A DNA stretch of 64,000 nt from an uncultured Actinomycetota bacterium (GTDB taxonomy: Bacteria; Actinomycetota; Actinomycetes; Mycobacteriales; Mycobacteriaceae). The notes beneath the pieces were generated by a model. That model saw only the letters and a program-made list of their open reading frames with translations, was not told the DNA's origin and ran no database searches. Positions 52,071 to 64,000 of the stretch are shown piece after piece. Every line of letters starts with the position of its first letter. Within the stretch, counting starts at the first letter, position 1. Position numbers and translations under genes: made by a program. Where the stretch lies: NCBI GenBank assembly GCA_963775205.1, contig CAVZHV010000002.1:1174608-1238607 (forward strand), in the 5' to 3' direction.

Positions 52071-53627
52071 CTATTCCCACTCGATGGTGCCGGGTGGCTT
52101 GCTGGTGATGTCGAGCACCACCCGGTTGACCTCTGGCACTTCGTTGGTGATACGCGTCGAGATCCGCTCCAAGACCTCGTACGGCACCCGCGTCCAGTCC
52201 GCGGTCATCGCGTCCTCACTGGACACCGGCCGCAGCACGATCGGATGCCCGTACGTGCGCCCGTCGCCCTGTACGCCCACCGACCGCACGTCGGCCAGCA
52301 GCACCACCGGGCACTGCCAGATCAGATTGTCCAGCCCCGCGGTGGTCAGTTCCTCCCGCGCGATCGCGTCAGCACGGCGCAGTGTGTCCAGCCGCCCCGC
52401 GGTGACCTCGCCGACGATCCTGATGCCCAGACCCGGCCCCGGAAACGGCTGGCGCGCAACGATTTCCTCGGGCAGGCCCAACTCGCGGCCCACCGCGCGG
52501 ACCTCGTCCTTGAACAGCAGTCGCAGCGGCTCCACCAGCGTGAAGTTCAGGTCGCGCGGCAGACCGCCGACGTTGTGATGGCTCTTGATGTTCGCGGTCC
52601 CGCTGCCCCCGCCGGACTCTACGACGTCCGGGTACAGCGTGCCCTGCACCAGAAACTTGACCTCAGAGCCACTGTCCCCCACCAGGTCTCGCACCGCGCC
52701 CTCGAACGTGCGGATGAACTCCCGGCCGATGATCTTGCGCTTGCCTTCCGGGTCGGACACCGCGCAAAGCGCCTCGAGGAACCTGTCCGCCGCGTCGACG
52801 GTGACCAGCCGGGCGCCGGTGGCCGCCACGAAATCGCGCTCGACCTGGGCGCGTTCGCCCGCGCGGAGCAAGCCGTGGTCGACGAACACACACGTCAACC
52901 GGGCGCCGATCGCGCGTTGCACCAGCGCTGCCGCCACGGCGGAGTCCACGCCGCCGGACAGCCCGCAGATGGCCCGCCCGTCGCCGATCTGCGCGCGCAC
53001 CTGCTCGACCAGAGCGTCGGCGATGTTGGCCGGCGTCCAAGTGGAGTCGATGCCGGCGAACTCGTGCAGAAAGCGACTCAGTACCTGCTGCCCGTGCGGG
53101 GTGTGCAATACCTCAGGGTGGTACTGCACCCCCGCCAGTGCGCGCGCCCGGTTCTCGAACGCCGCTACCGGCGCGCCTGCGCTGGTGGCCACCACGTCGA
53201 AGCCCTGCGGCGGCGACGTCACCGCGTCCCCATGGCTCATCCACACCGGCTGGGTTTCCGGCAAACCTGAATGCAGCTCGCCCCCAACCACTTTCAGTTC
53301 GGTTCTGCCGTACTCGCTGGTGCCGGTGTGGGCGACGGTGCCACCGAGCGCCTGGGCCATCGCCTGAAACCCGTAGCAGATACCGAACACCGGCACACCG
53401 AGATCGAACAGCGCCGGATCCAGCTGCGGGGCGCCGTCGGCGTAGACGCTGGCCGGACCACCGGATAGCACGATCGCCTGGGGGTCCTTGGCCTTGATGT
53501 CCTCGACGGTGGCGGTGTGCGGCACCACCTCCGAGTAGACCCTGGCCTCCCGCACCCGCCGAGCGATCAATTGCGCGTACTGCGCGCCGAAGTCGACCAC
53601 CAGTACCGGTCGGGCGGGTTCGGTCAC
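52071..53627 (-). CDS. guaA: GMP synthase (glutamine-hydrolysing)
   Basis: [39 protein letters not shown]. Confidence 0.97.
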   Translation of the reverse strand: MTEPARPVLVVDFGAQYAQLIARRVREARVYSEVVPHTATVEDIKAKDPQAIVLSGGPASVYADGAPQLDPALFDLGVPVFGICYGFQAMAQALGGTVAHTGTSEYGRTELKVVGGELHSGLPETQPVWMSHGDAVTSPPQGFDVVATSAGAPVAAFENRARALAGVQYHPEVLHTPHGQQVLSRFLHEFAGIDSTWTPANIADALVEQVRAQIGDGRAICGLSGGVDSAVAAALVQRAIGARLTCVFVDHGLLRAGERAQVERDFVAATGARLVTVDAADRFLEALCAVSDPEGKRKIIGREFIRTFEGAVRDLVGDSGSEVKFLVQGTLYPDVVESGGGSGTANIKSHHNVGGLPRDLNFTLVEPLRLLFKDEVRAVGRELGLPEEIVARQPFPGPGLGIRIVGEVTAGRLDTLRRADAIAREELTTAGLDNLIWQCPVVLLADVRSVGVQGDGRTYGHPIVLRPVSSEDAMTADWTRVPYEVLERISTRITNEVPEVNRVVLDITSKPPGTIEWE

Positions 53628-53649
53628 GCGGCCAGTCTAGGGCGGGCGT

Positions 53650-53955
53650 TCAGTCCTTGCGGCGCAGCATCCAGGCCGGCACCCAGTGCGTCACCGCGCG
53701 GCTGTTGGCGCCGTAGCTCACCGGGTAGGTGACCAGGCCCCACCAGTTGCCCTGCTCGCACAGGCCCCAGCAGCACAGCCGCCCCTCGACGACCTTGTGC
53801 ATCTGCAAGCCCGCCGGGTGATAGCCACCGCGGCGATGTGGCTCGCGAGGAAACAGCGCGGCCAGGTCGACCAGGACCACCATGGGCGGCTCGACCGCCC
53901 GAAACGCCTCCGGCACCGGCTGGCCGCTGTAGTTGATCCCCTGCAGATCGCCCAC
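53650..53955 (-). CDS. Hypothetical protein, predicted SOS-regulated
   Basis: 101-aa ORF with Trp-rich beta-like C-half ([18 protein letters not shown]); TATGAT -10 six nt before GTG. Confidence 0.7.
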   Translation of the reverse strand: MGDLQGINYSGQPVPEAFRAVEPPMVVLVDLAALFPREPHRRGGYHPAGLQMHKVVEGRLCCWGLCEQGNWWGLVTYPVSYGANSRAVTHWVPAWMLRRKD

Positions 53956-53958
53956 TGT

Positions 53959-53974
53959 TCGATCATACGTTCGA
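53959..53974. promoter_or_regulatory. LexA (SOS) box overlapping a -10 element
   Basis: Minus strand TCGAAC-GTAT-GATCGA (1 mismatch). Confidence 0.75.
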
Positions 53975-54038
53975 CGAATTTCAGGTGGAAGCGCTGCGCT
54001 CAGCGGGTACGAGGGGACAGAGGGGAAGTGAGGATTGC

Positions 54039-54764
54039 ATGCTGGGGCTGCCCGAGGAGATTCGTGCCTGCTTGTTCGACCTCGACGGAGTGCTGACGGA
54101 CACGGCTAGCGTGCACCGCACGGCCTGGAAGACGATGTTCGACGTTTTCCTGCAGCAGCGGGCCGGGGACGACTTCGTCCCCTTCGACGACGCGGCCGAT
54201 TACCAGACGTACGTCGACGGCAAGAAGCGCGAGGACGGGGTGCGTTCCTTCCTCGCCAGCCGCGGCATCGAACTGCCGGAGGGCGATCCGGACGACGATC
54301 CCGACGCCGACACCGTCCACGGCCTGGGCACCCGCAAGAACGACATGTTCCAGCAGAAGCTCAGCGAAGACGGTGTCCAGGTTTTCGAGGGGTCGCGGCG
54401 ATACCTGGAGGCGGTCTGCGAGGCAGGGCTGAAGGTCGCGGTGGTGTCGGCCAGCGCCAACACTCGCGACGTGCTGGCAATCACCGGCCTCGACAAGTTC
54501 GTGCAGCTCCGGGTCGATGGGGTGACGCTGCGCAACGAGCACATCCCCGGCAAGCCCGCCCCGGATTCCTTCCTTCGGGCCGCTCAGCTTCTACAGGTCG
54601 GCCCGCCGGAAGCGGCCGTCTTCGAGGATGCGCTGTCCGGCGTCGCCGCGGGACACGCCGGGAACTTCGGCGTCGTCGTCGGCGTCGACCGGGTGGACCA
54701 AGCAGAAGCGTTGCGGCGCAACGGCGCCGACATCGTCGTCACCGACCTGGCGGACCTGCTGTGA
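54039..54764 (+). CDS. Beta-phosphoglucomutase family HAD hydrolase (Rv3400-like)
   Basis: [27 protein letters not shown]. Confidence 0.92.
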   Translation: MLGLPEEIRACLFDLDGVLTDTASVHRTAWKTMFDVFLQQRAGDDFVPFDDAADYQTYVDGKKREDGVRSFLASRGIELPEGDPDDDPDADTVHGLGTRKNDMFQQKLSEDGVQVFEGSRRYLEAVCEAGLKVAVVSASANTRDVLAITGLDKFVQLRVDGVTLRNEHIPGKPAPDSFLRAAQLLQVGPPEAAVFEDALSGVAAGHAGNFGVVVGVDRVDQAEALRRNGADIVVTDLADLL

Positions 54765-57109
54765 TCGCGCACGACGCCTATCCGGTAGAGCCGTGGCAGG
54801 TCCGCGAGACCCGGCTGGACCTCGATCGGCTGGCCCAGTCCGAGTCGCTGTTCGCGTTGTCCAACGGCCATATCGGCCTGCGGGGCAACCTCGACGAGGG
54901 CGAGCCGTACGGTCTTCCGGGCACCTACCTCAACTCGTTCTACGAGTGCCGCCCACTCCCCTACGCCGAAGCCGGGTTCGGATACCCGGAGGCCGGCCAG
55001 ACCATGATCGACGTGACCAACAGCAAGATCCTGCGGCTGCTGGTCGACGACGAGCCGCTCGACGTCCGCTACGGCCAATTGCTCGACCACGAGCGGGTTC
55101 TCGACATGCAGGCCGGCACCCTGCAGCGGCGAGCGCGCTGGGAGTCCCCGGCCGCCAAGAAGGTCGAGGTGCGCTCCACCCGGCTGGTCTCGCTGACACA
55201 GCGCAGCGTGGCAGCCATCGAATACGTCGTGCAGGCACTCGACGAATTCGCGCTCATCACAGTGCAATCCGAGCTCGTCGCCAACGAAGACCAGCCGCGA
55301 ACGTCACGCGACCCACGGGTGGCTGCCGTGTTGACCAACCCGCTCGAGCCGGTGCATCACGAAACCACCGACCAGGGCGCGATTCTCGGACACCGGACAC
55401 GGTTGAGCGAGCTGGCGATGACAGCGGCCATGGACCACGAGATCGACGTGCCCGGACGGGTGGAAGCCCATACCGACGCGGCCGACGACTGGGCGCGCAC
55501 CACGGTGATCTGCGGACTGCGGCCGGGCCAGGAACTGCGCATCGTGAAGTACCTGGCATACGGCTGGTCGAGCCTGCGTTCGCGGCCCGCGCTGCGCGAC
55601 CAAGCCGCCGCCGCCATAGCCGGTGCGCGCTACCGCGGCTGGCAGGGCCTGCTCGACGCGCAGCGTGACCACCTCGACGACTACTGGGACAGCGCCGACG
55701 TCGAGGTCGAGGGCGACGCCGACTGCCAGCAGGCCGTGCGGTTCGGGCTGTTCCACGTGCTGCAGGCCAGTGCACGCGCCGAAGGGCGCGCGATCCCCGG
55801 CAAAGGACTGACCGGCAACGGATATGACGGCCACGCATTCTGGGACACCGAGGGGTTCGTGCTGCCGGTGCTCACCTACACCGCGCCGAACGCTGCCGCA
55901 GACGCACTGCGGTGGCGGGCATCCACACTGCAACTGGCCAAACACCGAGCTGCCGAACTCGACCTCGAGGGCGCGGCCTTCCCGTGGCGCACGATCCGCG
56001 GTCAGGAGTGCTCGGCCTACTGGCCGGCCGGCACCGCCGCGTGGCACGTGACCGCCGATGTCGCAATGGCATTCGAGCGCTACCGCATCGTCACCGGCGA
56101 CGACTCACTCGAAAAAGAGTGCGGCTTGGCGGTTTTGGTGGAAACCGCCCGCATGTGGCGCTCGCTGGGCCACCACGACCGCCACGGGATGTGGCATCTC
56201 GACGGCGTCACCGGTCCCGACGAGTACACGGCGATCGTCCGCGACAACGTGTTCACCAACCTGATGGCGGCAGGCAACCTGCGTGCCGCAGCTGCGGCAT
56301 GCGCTCGAGATCCCGAGGCGGCACGGCAGATGGGTGTCAGCACCGAGGAGATGGCGGCCTGGCGCGACGCCGCCGACGCGGCCCACATCCCGTACGACGA
56401 AGACCTGGGTGTGCACGAGCAGTGCGACGGCTTCACGACGCTGACGGAGTGGCAGTTCACCGAGAACACCACTTACCCGCTGCTGATGAACGAACCGTAC
56501 GTGCGGCTGTATCCGGCGCAGGTGTGCAAGCAGGCCGACCTGATCCTGGCGATGCACTGGCAGGGCCACGCTTTCACCGCCGAGCAGAAGGCGCGCAACG
56601 TCGACTATTACGAACGGCGCACGACGCGCGACTCGTCGTTGTCGGCATGCACCCAGGCGGTGTTGTGCGCCGAGGTGGGTCACCTCGAGTTGGCGCACGA
56701 CTACACCTACGAAGCCGCGATGGTGGACCTGCGCGACCTGCACGCCAACACCCGCGACGGCCTGCACATGGCTTCGCTGGCCGGGGCGTGGACGGCGCTG
56801 GTCTCCGGATTCGGCGGCCTGCGTGACGACGAAGGCATGCTGGCATTGGACCCGCACCTGCCCGACGGCATCTCGTGCCTGCGATTCCGGTTGCGGTGGA
56901 GGGACTTTCGGCTGATGGTGAACGTCGATCACGAAAACGCCACCTACACGCTGCGCGACGGACCCCACGGCGAGCTGACGATTCGGCACGCCGGGGAAGA
57001 GCTCACGCTCAGCACCGACTCGCCGTCGACCGTCGCGTTACGCAGCTGCCACCCGCTGCTGCCGCCACCACCTCAGCCGCCGGGCTGCGAGCCGAAACAG
57101 CGCCGCTGA
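54761..57109 (+). CDS. Glycoside hydrolase family 65 protein (Rv3401-like)
   Basis: [42 protein letters not shown]. Confidence 0.93.
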   Translation: MIAHDAYPVEPWQVRETRLDLDRLAQSESLFALSNGHIGLRGNLDEGEPYGLPGTYLNSFYECRPLPYAEAGFGYPEAGQTMIDVTNSKILRLLVDDEPLDVRYGQLLDHERVLDMQAGTLQRRARWESPAAKKVEVRSTRLVSLTQRSVAAIEYVVQALDEFALITVQSELVANEDQPRTSRDPRVAAVLTNPLEPVHHETTDQGAILGHRTRLSELAMTAAMDHEIDVPGRVEAHTDAADDWARTTVICGLRPGQELRIVKYLAYGWSSLRSRPALRDQAAAAIAGARYRGWQGLLDAQRDHLDDYWDSADVEVEGDADCQQAVRFGLFHVLQASARAEGRAIPGKGLTGNGYDGHAFWDTEGFVLPVLTYTAPNAAADALRWRASTLQLAKHRAAELDLEGAAFPWRTIRGQECSAYWPAGTAAWHVTADVAMAFERYRIVTGDDSLEKECGLAVLVETARMWRSLGHHDRHGMWHLDGVTGPDEYTAIVRDNVFTNLMAAGNLRAAAAACARDPEAARQMGVSTEEMAAWRDAADAAHIPYDEDLGVHEQCDGFTTLTEWQFTENTTYPLLMNEPYVRLYPAQVCKQADLILAMHWQGHAFTAEQKARNVDYYERRTTRDSSLSACTQAVLCAEVGHLELAHDYTYEAAMVDLRDLHANTRDGLHMASLAGAWTALVSGFGGLRDDEGMLALDPHLPDGISCLRFRLRWRDFRLMVNVDHENATYTLRDGPHGELTIRHAGEELTLSTDSPSTVALRSCHPLLPPPPQPPGCEPKQRR

Positions 57110-57118
57110 CTACCGCGT

Positions 57119-58855
57119 TCAGCCGGCCGAGCTGACCGGCTCGATCGGCAGCCGTCGCAGTGCCCCGGGCGCGTCCGCAGGCACCGCAGGGTGCTGCGGC
57201 GGGATCGGGTCGAGCCGCCGGTACGCCTCGCCCTGAGCGGGCCGCAGGTCCGTCTCACCCTTGTTCGGCCACAGCGACGCCGCCCGCTCGGCCTGCGCGG
57301 TGATCGAAAGCGACGGATTCACACCGAGATTCGCCGATATCGACGCGCCGTCGACGACCAGCAGCGTCGGGTAGCCGTAGACCCGCTGGTACGGGTCGAT
57401 GACGCCGGTCTGCGGGCTGTCGCCGATCGCCGCGCCGCCGAGGTAGTGCGCGGTCAGCGGGATATTGAACAGCTCGCCCCACGTACCGCCGGCGACGCCG
57501 TCGATCTTGGCGGCGACCCGTCTGGTCACCTCGTTGCCCACCGGGATCCACGTCGGGTTCGGCTCGCCGTGGCCCTGCTTGCTGGTGACACGGCGGAACC
57601 CGAGCTTGGTGCGCCGGCTGAAGGTGGTGATCGAGTTGTCGAGGTGCTGCATCACCAGCATGATCATCGTCCGCTCGCTCCAGCGCCGCGGGTTCAGCAG
57701 CCGGATGGTGCCGCGCGGGTTCTCGCCGACCTGCGCCACGAACTGCCTCCAGCGCGGCACGTCGCTGCCCTCGGGACCGTCGCCGTCGGTCATCAGCGTC
57801 TGCAACAGGCCCATCGCGTTGGAGCCCTTGCCGTAACGGCACGGCTCGACGTGGGTGTCGGAGGTCGGGTGGATCGACGACGTGATCGCGACACCGTGCG
57901 TGAGGTCCAGGTCCGGGGTCACCTTGTAGCGTCCCGCGCCGACGATCGACTCGGAGTTCGTGCGGGTCAGCACACCCAGCTTCTCGGAGATGCCGGGCAG
58001 TCGGCCGGTGTCGCGCATCTTGAACAGCAGCTTCTGGGTGTTGAACGTGCCGGCGGCGAGAACCAGGTGCTGTGCCGTGAACGACTTGCGTTGCTTGCGC
58101 AGCCAACGGCCGGTCACCACGGTGTCGACGCGCCAGCTGCCGTCGGGCTGCTGCTCGAACCCGGTCACCGTCCGCATCGGAAACACTTGTGCGCCAGCGC
58201 TTTCCGCGAGGCCGAGGTAGTTCTTCACCAACGTGTTCTTGGCGCCGTAGCGGCAGCCCGTCATGCAGGAGCCGCACTCGATGCAGCCGGTGCGCTCCGG
58301 GCCGGCGCCGCCGAAGTAGGGGTCGGCCACCGTCTTGCCCGGCGCCTTCTGCTCGTCGGGCCCGAAGAACACCCCGACCGGGGTGGGCACGAACGTGTCG
58401 CCGACGCCCATCTCGTCGGCGACCTCCTTCATGATGCGGTCGGCGTCGGTGAACGTCGGGTTCTTGACCACGCCCAGCATCCGCTGCGCCTGCTCGTAGT
58501 GCGGCATCAGCTCGGCGCGCCAGTCGGTGATGTGCGACCACTGCTTGTCGGCGAAGAACGGCTCCGGCGGCACGTACAGCGTGTTGGCGTAGTTCAGGGA
58601 CCCGCCCCCGACACCCGCGCCGCCGAGGATCATCACGTTGCGCAGCAAGTGAATTCGCTGAATGCCGTACATGCCCAGCTTGGGCATCCACAAGAACTTG
58701 CGCAGGTTCCACGAGGTCTTGGCGAACTCGGGGTCGGCGAACCGGCGGCCGGCCTCGAGCACGCCGACGCGGTAGCCCTTCTCGGTCAGGCGCAGTGCGG
58801 TGACACTGCCCCCGAAACCGGAACCGATGATGAGGACGTCGAAATCGGGCTGCAT
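57119..58855 (-). CDS. choD: GMC oxidoreductase/cholesterol oxidase
   Basis: IIGSGFGGSV, GGAGVGGGSLNYAN, CIECGSCMTGC, LGVNPSLSITAQAER. Confidence 0.9.
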   Translation of the reverse strand: MQPDFDVLIIGSGFGGSVTALRLTEKGYRVGVLEAGRRFADPEFAKTSWNLRKFLWMPKLGMYGIQRIHLLRNVMILGGAGVGGGSLNYANTLYVPPEPFFADKQWSHITDWRAELMPHYEQAQRMLGVVKNPTFTDADRIMKEVADEMGVGDTFVPTPVGVFFGPDEQKAPGKTVADPYFGGAGPERTGCIECGSCMTGCRYGAKNTLVKNYLGLAESAGAQVFPMRTVTGFEQQPDGSWRVDTVVTGRWLRKQRKSFTAQHLVLAAGTFNTQKLLFKMRDTGRLPGISEKLGVLTRTNSESIVGAGRYKVTPDLDLTHGVAITSSIHPTSDTHVEPCRYGKGSNAMGLLQTLMTDGDGPEGSDVPRWRQFVAQVGENPRGTIRLLNPRRWSERTMIMLVMQHLDNSITTFSRRTKLGFRRVTSKQGHGEPNPTWIPVGNEVTRRVAAKIDGVAGGTWGELFNIPLTAHYLGGAAIGDSPQTGVIDPYQRVYGYPTLLVVDGASISANLGVNPSLSITAQAERAASLWPNKGETDLRPAQGEAYRRLDPIPPQHPAVPADAPGALRRLPIEPVSSAG

Positions 58856-58874
58856 ACCGCCAGTATGCCTTCCG

Positions 58875-58935
58875 CGCGAACAGACGCTAAATCGCCCAAA
58901 ATCCGCCGGGTAATGCGATTCCGCGCCTGCTCGCG
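58875..58935. repeat. 61-bp palindromic REP-like element
   Basis: CGCGAACAGACGCTAAATC...GCGATTCCGCGCCTGCTCGCG; homolog of 2087-2147. Confidence 0.8.
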
Positions 58936-58941
58936 GGGTGA

Positions 58942-60079
58942 CTAAGAGGTGACGGTCAGGCCGACCTTCTGGAATTCCTTGAGGTCGCAGTAGCCCGCCT
59001 TGGCCATCGACCTACGCAGGCCGCCGACGAGGTTCAGCGAACCGAACGGGTCGTCGGACGGGCCGTTCAGCACTTGCCCTAGGGGAGCCCGCTCCCCGAC
59101 GGCCACCTGCAGCAGCGCACCGCGCGGCAACGACGGGTGTGCGGCCGCCGACGGCCAGAACCAGCCGCCGCCCAGCGCCTCGGCCGCCACCGCGAGCGGC
59201 GTGCCGAGCACCACCGCGTCCGCGCCGCACGCGATCGCCTTGGCCAGGTCGCCGGAGGTGTGGATGTCGCCGTCGGCCAGCACATGCACGTAGCGGCCCC
59301 CGGTCTCGTCGAGGTACTCGCGGCGCGCCGCGGCGGCGTCGGCGATGGCGGTGGCCATCGGCACGCTGATGCCCAGCACCTCGTCGCTGGTGGTGACCCC
59401 GCTGGTGGAGCCATAGCCGACGATGACGCCCGCGGCGCCGGTGCGCATCAGGTGCAGGGCGGTGCGGTGGTCGAGCACCCCGCCGGCGACGACGGGCACG
59501 TCCAGCTCGGCGATGAACGTCTTGAGGTTGAGCGGCTCGCCGTCGCGGGCCACCCGCTCCGCGGACACGATCGTGCCCTGGATGACCAGCAGGTCGATGC
59601 CGGCCTGCACCAGCACCGGCGTCAGCGAGCGCGCGCTCTGCGGGCTGACTCGCACCGCGGTGATCACGCCCGCGTCGCGGACCCGCGCGACGGCCGCCCC
59701 GAGCAGGTCCGGATCCAGCGGCGCGGCGTGCAGTTGCTGCAGGAGCCGGATCGCCGCCGAGGGTTCCGGCTCCTTCTCCGCGGCTTCGATGACCTCGGCG
59801 ATCTTCTCCTCGACGTCGGCGTGCCGGCCGATCAGGCCTTCGCCGTTGAGGATCCCGAGTCCGCCGAGCCGGCCCAGCTCGATCGCGAACTCCGGCGACG
59901 CCAGCGCGTCGGTAGGGTGCGACAGCACCGGTATGTCGAATCGGTAGGCGTCGAGCTGCCAAGTCGTCGACACGTCCTTCGAGGAGCGAGTGCGCCGCGA
60001 CGGGACGATATTGACGTCGTCGAGCTCGTAGGTGCGGCGAGCAGTTGCGGCCCATGCCGATTTCGACCATGTCGCGCAT
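58942..60079 (-). CDS. guaB3: GuaB3 IMP dehydrogenase-related protein, frameshift near 60045
   Basis: MRDMVEIGMGR then shifted TARRTYELDDVNIVPSRRTRSS...KAGYCDLKEFQKV. Confidence 0.88.
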
Positions 60080-60095
60080 GTCAACTCCCGTTCAC

Positions 60096-60157
60096 CGCGA
60101 GATGCACGTTACGCAGAGAAAGTGCGAGTGGCGGCCTGCATAACGTGAATTTCGGCG
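60096..60157. repeat. 62-bp palindromic REP-like element
   Basis: CGCGAGATGCACGTTA...TAACGTGAATTTCGGCG. Confidence 0.7.
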
Positions 60158-60175
60158 CCATCGTCACCCGGCGGC

Positions 60176-61762
<1,587 letters not shown>

Positions 61763-61871
61763 CTAGGTGCTCATCCTATCGGTAACGACGGTATCGCCGT
61801 GGTTGACGACGCCGTGGCGCAGGCCTGCACGCCGCTGGCGGAATGTCGGACCGGCTAGCTACTGTAGAGGC

Positions 61872-62276
61872 GTGCGCGACCAGCTCCCCCCGGGTTTGCC
61901 ACCCGACCCCTTCGCCGACGATCCGCTGGACCCGTCGGCGGCGTTGGACGATATCGAGCCGGGGCAGCCGCTCGATCCTCAGGAGCGCGTTGCCGTAGAA
62001 GCCGATCTCGCAGATCTGGCGGTGTACGAAGCGTTGTTGGCGCACAAGGGAATTCGTGGCTTGGTGGTGTCGTGCGACGATTGCCAGCAAGACCACTACC
62101 ACGACTGGGACATGCTGCGCGCCAACCTGTTGCAGCTGTTGGTCGACGGTACGGTCCGGCCGCACGAGCCGGCCTACGATCCCGAACCCGACACATATGT
62201 GACGTGGGATTACTGCCGCGGCTACGCCGACGCCTCGCTGAACGAGGCCACGTCGGATCCCGACGGGTACCGCTGA
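61872..62276 (+). CDS. DUF5319 protein (Rv3412-like)
   Basis: LPPDPFADDP, GIRGLVVSCDDCQQDHYHDW, TWDYCRGY. Confidence 0.85.
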   Translation: MRDQLPPGLPPDPFADDPLDPSAALDDIEPGQPLDPQERVAVEADLADLAVYEALLAHKGIRGLVVSCDDCQQDHYHDWDMLRANLLQLLVDGTVRPHEPAYDPEPDTYVTWDYCRGYADASLNEATSDPDGYR

Positions 62277-62283
62277 TCCGCTT

Positions 62284-63432
62284 CTAGCCTTCCGGCGTCG
62301 TGGGCGCCACCGTCGGCACAGCTGTGCGCTGGGTCGCGGGGGCCTGGGTTGCCGTGGGCTGCGGCGCCGTCGCGGTCGGCGCCGGAATCGTCGCCGTGGG
62401 CTGCGGCGCCGTCGCAGTGGCCGCCGGAACGGTTGCGGCGGTGGTGACGACGGCCGCGGTGGGCTGCGGCGCATTCGGGGTCGGCAGCGGCGTGGTCGCG
62501 GTCGGCGCCGGAGCGGTCCTCGGCACCTGCGTCGTCGCTGTCGGCAACGGCCCGGTCGCGGTCGGCAGCGGCGTCGCCGTGGGCAGCGGCGCCGTGGGCG
62601 TCGGCAGCGGCCCACCGACCGTCGGCAACGGCCCGGTCGGGGTGGGCAGCGGCCCGGTCACCGTCGGCAACGGCCCGGTGGGGGTGGGCTGCGCGCCGGT
62701 GGGCAACGGGCCCGTCGGCGTAGGCAACGGCGAGGTGGCGGTCGGCACTGGCGTCGAGACCGTCGGCGTTTCGGCCGACGTCGACGTCGCCTCCGGCGCC
62801 ACGGGCACCGGCAGCAGCGTCAACGGCGACGAGGGCAGCGGCGGGAGCGGCTCGCCCGGCGGCGGCAACGTCGCCTCGGGATTGCGCTGGATCACCTGGA
62901 CGGCCAACGTGTTGTACTGCTCGACCAGCTGCTGCTGGTCGGCGACGTCGCCGACGGTCTGGACAGTGGTGGACAACGTCTGGAGCTGTTGCTGTGCCTC
63001 GTCCCACTTGCCCTCTTGGACCAGCTGCCGGACCTGCGCCAGCTGCTGGGAGGCCAGCGACACCGCGTCGTTGCGGGTCTGGGTCGATTCGCCGAACAGC
63101 ATGCTGCGCAGGCCGTAGAGCGCATCGCCCGGCCCGGCGCCGTAGACGACGGCGCCGAACCCGCCGAGGCACAGCATCGCGGCGGCCACAGAACCGACGA
63201 CGGTCAACCCGAACCGGTGGCGTCGCGGCAAATCCTGTTTCTTGTTCAGCGCGGCGGACGCCTGCGCCAAGGTCACCACGTGGCTGTCCGGGCGGCTGCG
63301 CACGTCGTCACGCCAGGCACCGAGCATCGCCGACAACGGATCCACGGGCGACATCCGCGCCCCGGACGCGAGCGCGTCGACGAATCGGTCGGTGCGCATG
63401 ACAGCGTCGAGGTTGGGGTCGTGCTCAGGCAT
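62284..63432 (-). CDS. rsdA: Anti-sigma-D factor with long Pro/Thr C-terminal tail
   Basis: RTDRFVDALA, WRDDVR, TM segment, PGDALYGLRSMLFG; overlaps sigD stop. Confidence 0.9.
   Translation of the reverse strand: MPEHDPNLDAVMRTDRFVDALASGARMSPVDPLSAMLGAWRDDVRSRPDSHVVTLAQASAALNKKQDLPRRHRFGLTVVGSVAAAMLCLGGFGAVVYGAGPGDALYGLRSMLFGESTQTRNDAVSLASQQLAQVRQLVQEGKWDEAQQQLQTLSTTVQTVGDVADQQQLVEQYNTLAVQVIQRNPEATLPPPGEPLPPLPSSPLTLLPVPVAPEATSTSAETPTVSTPVPTATSPLPTPTGPLPTGAQPTPTGPLPTVTGPLPTPTGPLPTVGGPLPTPTAPLPTATPLPTATGPLPTATTQVPRTAPAPTATTPLPTPNAPQPTAAVVTTAATVPAATATAPQPTATIPAPTATAPQPTATQAPATQRTAVPTVAPTTPEG
62335..62745 (-). repeat. Coding tandem repeats (PLPTxTG and ATAPQPT) in rsdA
   Basis: Imperfect 18-21-bp units encoding PLPTPTG, PLPTVTG, PLPTATG. 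Confidence 0.75.
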
Positions 63433-63997
63433 AGCCGGCCCCGATCATCTCTTCGCGCAGCCGCGCCAACGCGCGGTGCTGCGCGACACGCACGGCACCT
63501 GCGGAACTGCCGACGGCTTCGGCTGTCTCCTCCGCGGAGAGTCCCACGACGACCCGCAGGATCAGGATTTCGCGCTGCTTCTCCGGCAGCACTTGCAGGA
63601 GGGCGTTCATCCGGGCTGACGCTTCGGCGTCGAGCGCCATCTGCTCGGGTCCGGCCTCGAACGTGGGCCGCTCGGGGATGACCTCGGTGGGCTCGGCACG
63701 GTTGCGCGCGGCCGCACGGTGGGCGTCTGCCACCTTGTGAGCCGCGATGCCGTACACGAACGCCAAGAAGGGCCTCCCCTGGTCCCTGTAGCGAGGCAAC
63801 GCCGTGATGGCGGCCAAGCACACCTCCTGAGCCACATCGTCTGCTGACAGACCGCTGCGTTCTGCCGTCCCGAGCCTTGCTCGGCAATACCGGACGACGA
63901 TCGGGCGAACGATCTCCAGCACTTCGCGGAGTGCGCCCCGATCCCCCGCCACCGCGTCAGCAACGACGGCATCGAGGCGATCTCCCGAATTTGTCAT
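63425..63997 (-). CDS. sigD: ECF RNA polymerase sigma factor SigD
   Basis: VVRYCRARLG, SADDVAQEVC, YRDQGRPFLAFVYGIAAHKVADA, VRVAQHRALARLR. Confidence 0.95.
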   Translation of the reverse strand: MTNSGDRLDAVVADAVAGDRGALREVLEIVRPIVVRYCRARLGTAERSGLSADDVAQEVCLAAITALPRYRDQGRPFLAFVYGIAAHKVADAHRAAARNRAEPTEVIPERPTFEAGPEQMALDAEASARMNALLQVLPEKQREILILRVVVGLSAEETAEAVGSSAGAVRVAQHRALARLREEMIGAGYA

Positions 63998-64000
63998 CGA

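Noticed and set aside
62335-62745. Periodic repeats that could be mistaken for a CRISPR array
   Set aside because: In-frame coding repeats of rsdA with no unique spacers and no cas genes

Overview
High-GC mycobacterial chromosome segment, probably from a rapidly growing Mycolicibacterium-like organism. Gene order recalls M. tuberculosis Rv3328c (sigJ) to Rv3414c (sigD): sigJ, a class-III aminotransferase, dacB1, trpS, icd, a SAM-IV-controlled metC-metX operon, folD, a conservon (Rv3362c-65c), trmL, dnaE2, acrA1, iunH, imuB-imuA', guaA, a GH65 pair, choD, guaB3, guaB2, rsdA and sigD. Accessory insertions punctuate this backbone: (i) a three-gene type VII secretion-like cassette (YxxxE partner, WxG protein with a Cys-bracketed hydrophobic C-terminus, small 3-TM putative immunity protein); (ii) an islet at guaA with a decayed guaA 3' duplicate, an orphan TrcR-like regulator and three small secreted CX8C proteins; (iii) a Phd/YefM plus zeta-like kinase toxin-antitoxin pair; (iv) an IS30 fragment enclosed by the two arms of a palindromic repeat; (v) tandem dimeric and monomeric isocitrate dehydrogenases. 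Non-coding signals include a SAM-IV riboswitch followed by a Met/Cys uORF within a switchable stem, three LexA boxes (one before an uncharacterised leaderless gene) and a family of about 62-bp palindromes. At least seven genes carry 1-bp frameshifts that look like sequencing indels. No rRNA, tRNA or CRISPR was seen. All assignments come from motif and sequence recognition by eye; no database searches were run.
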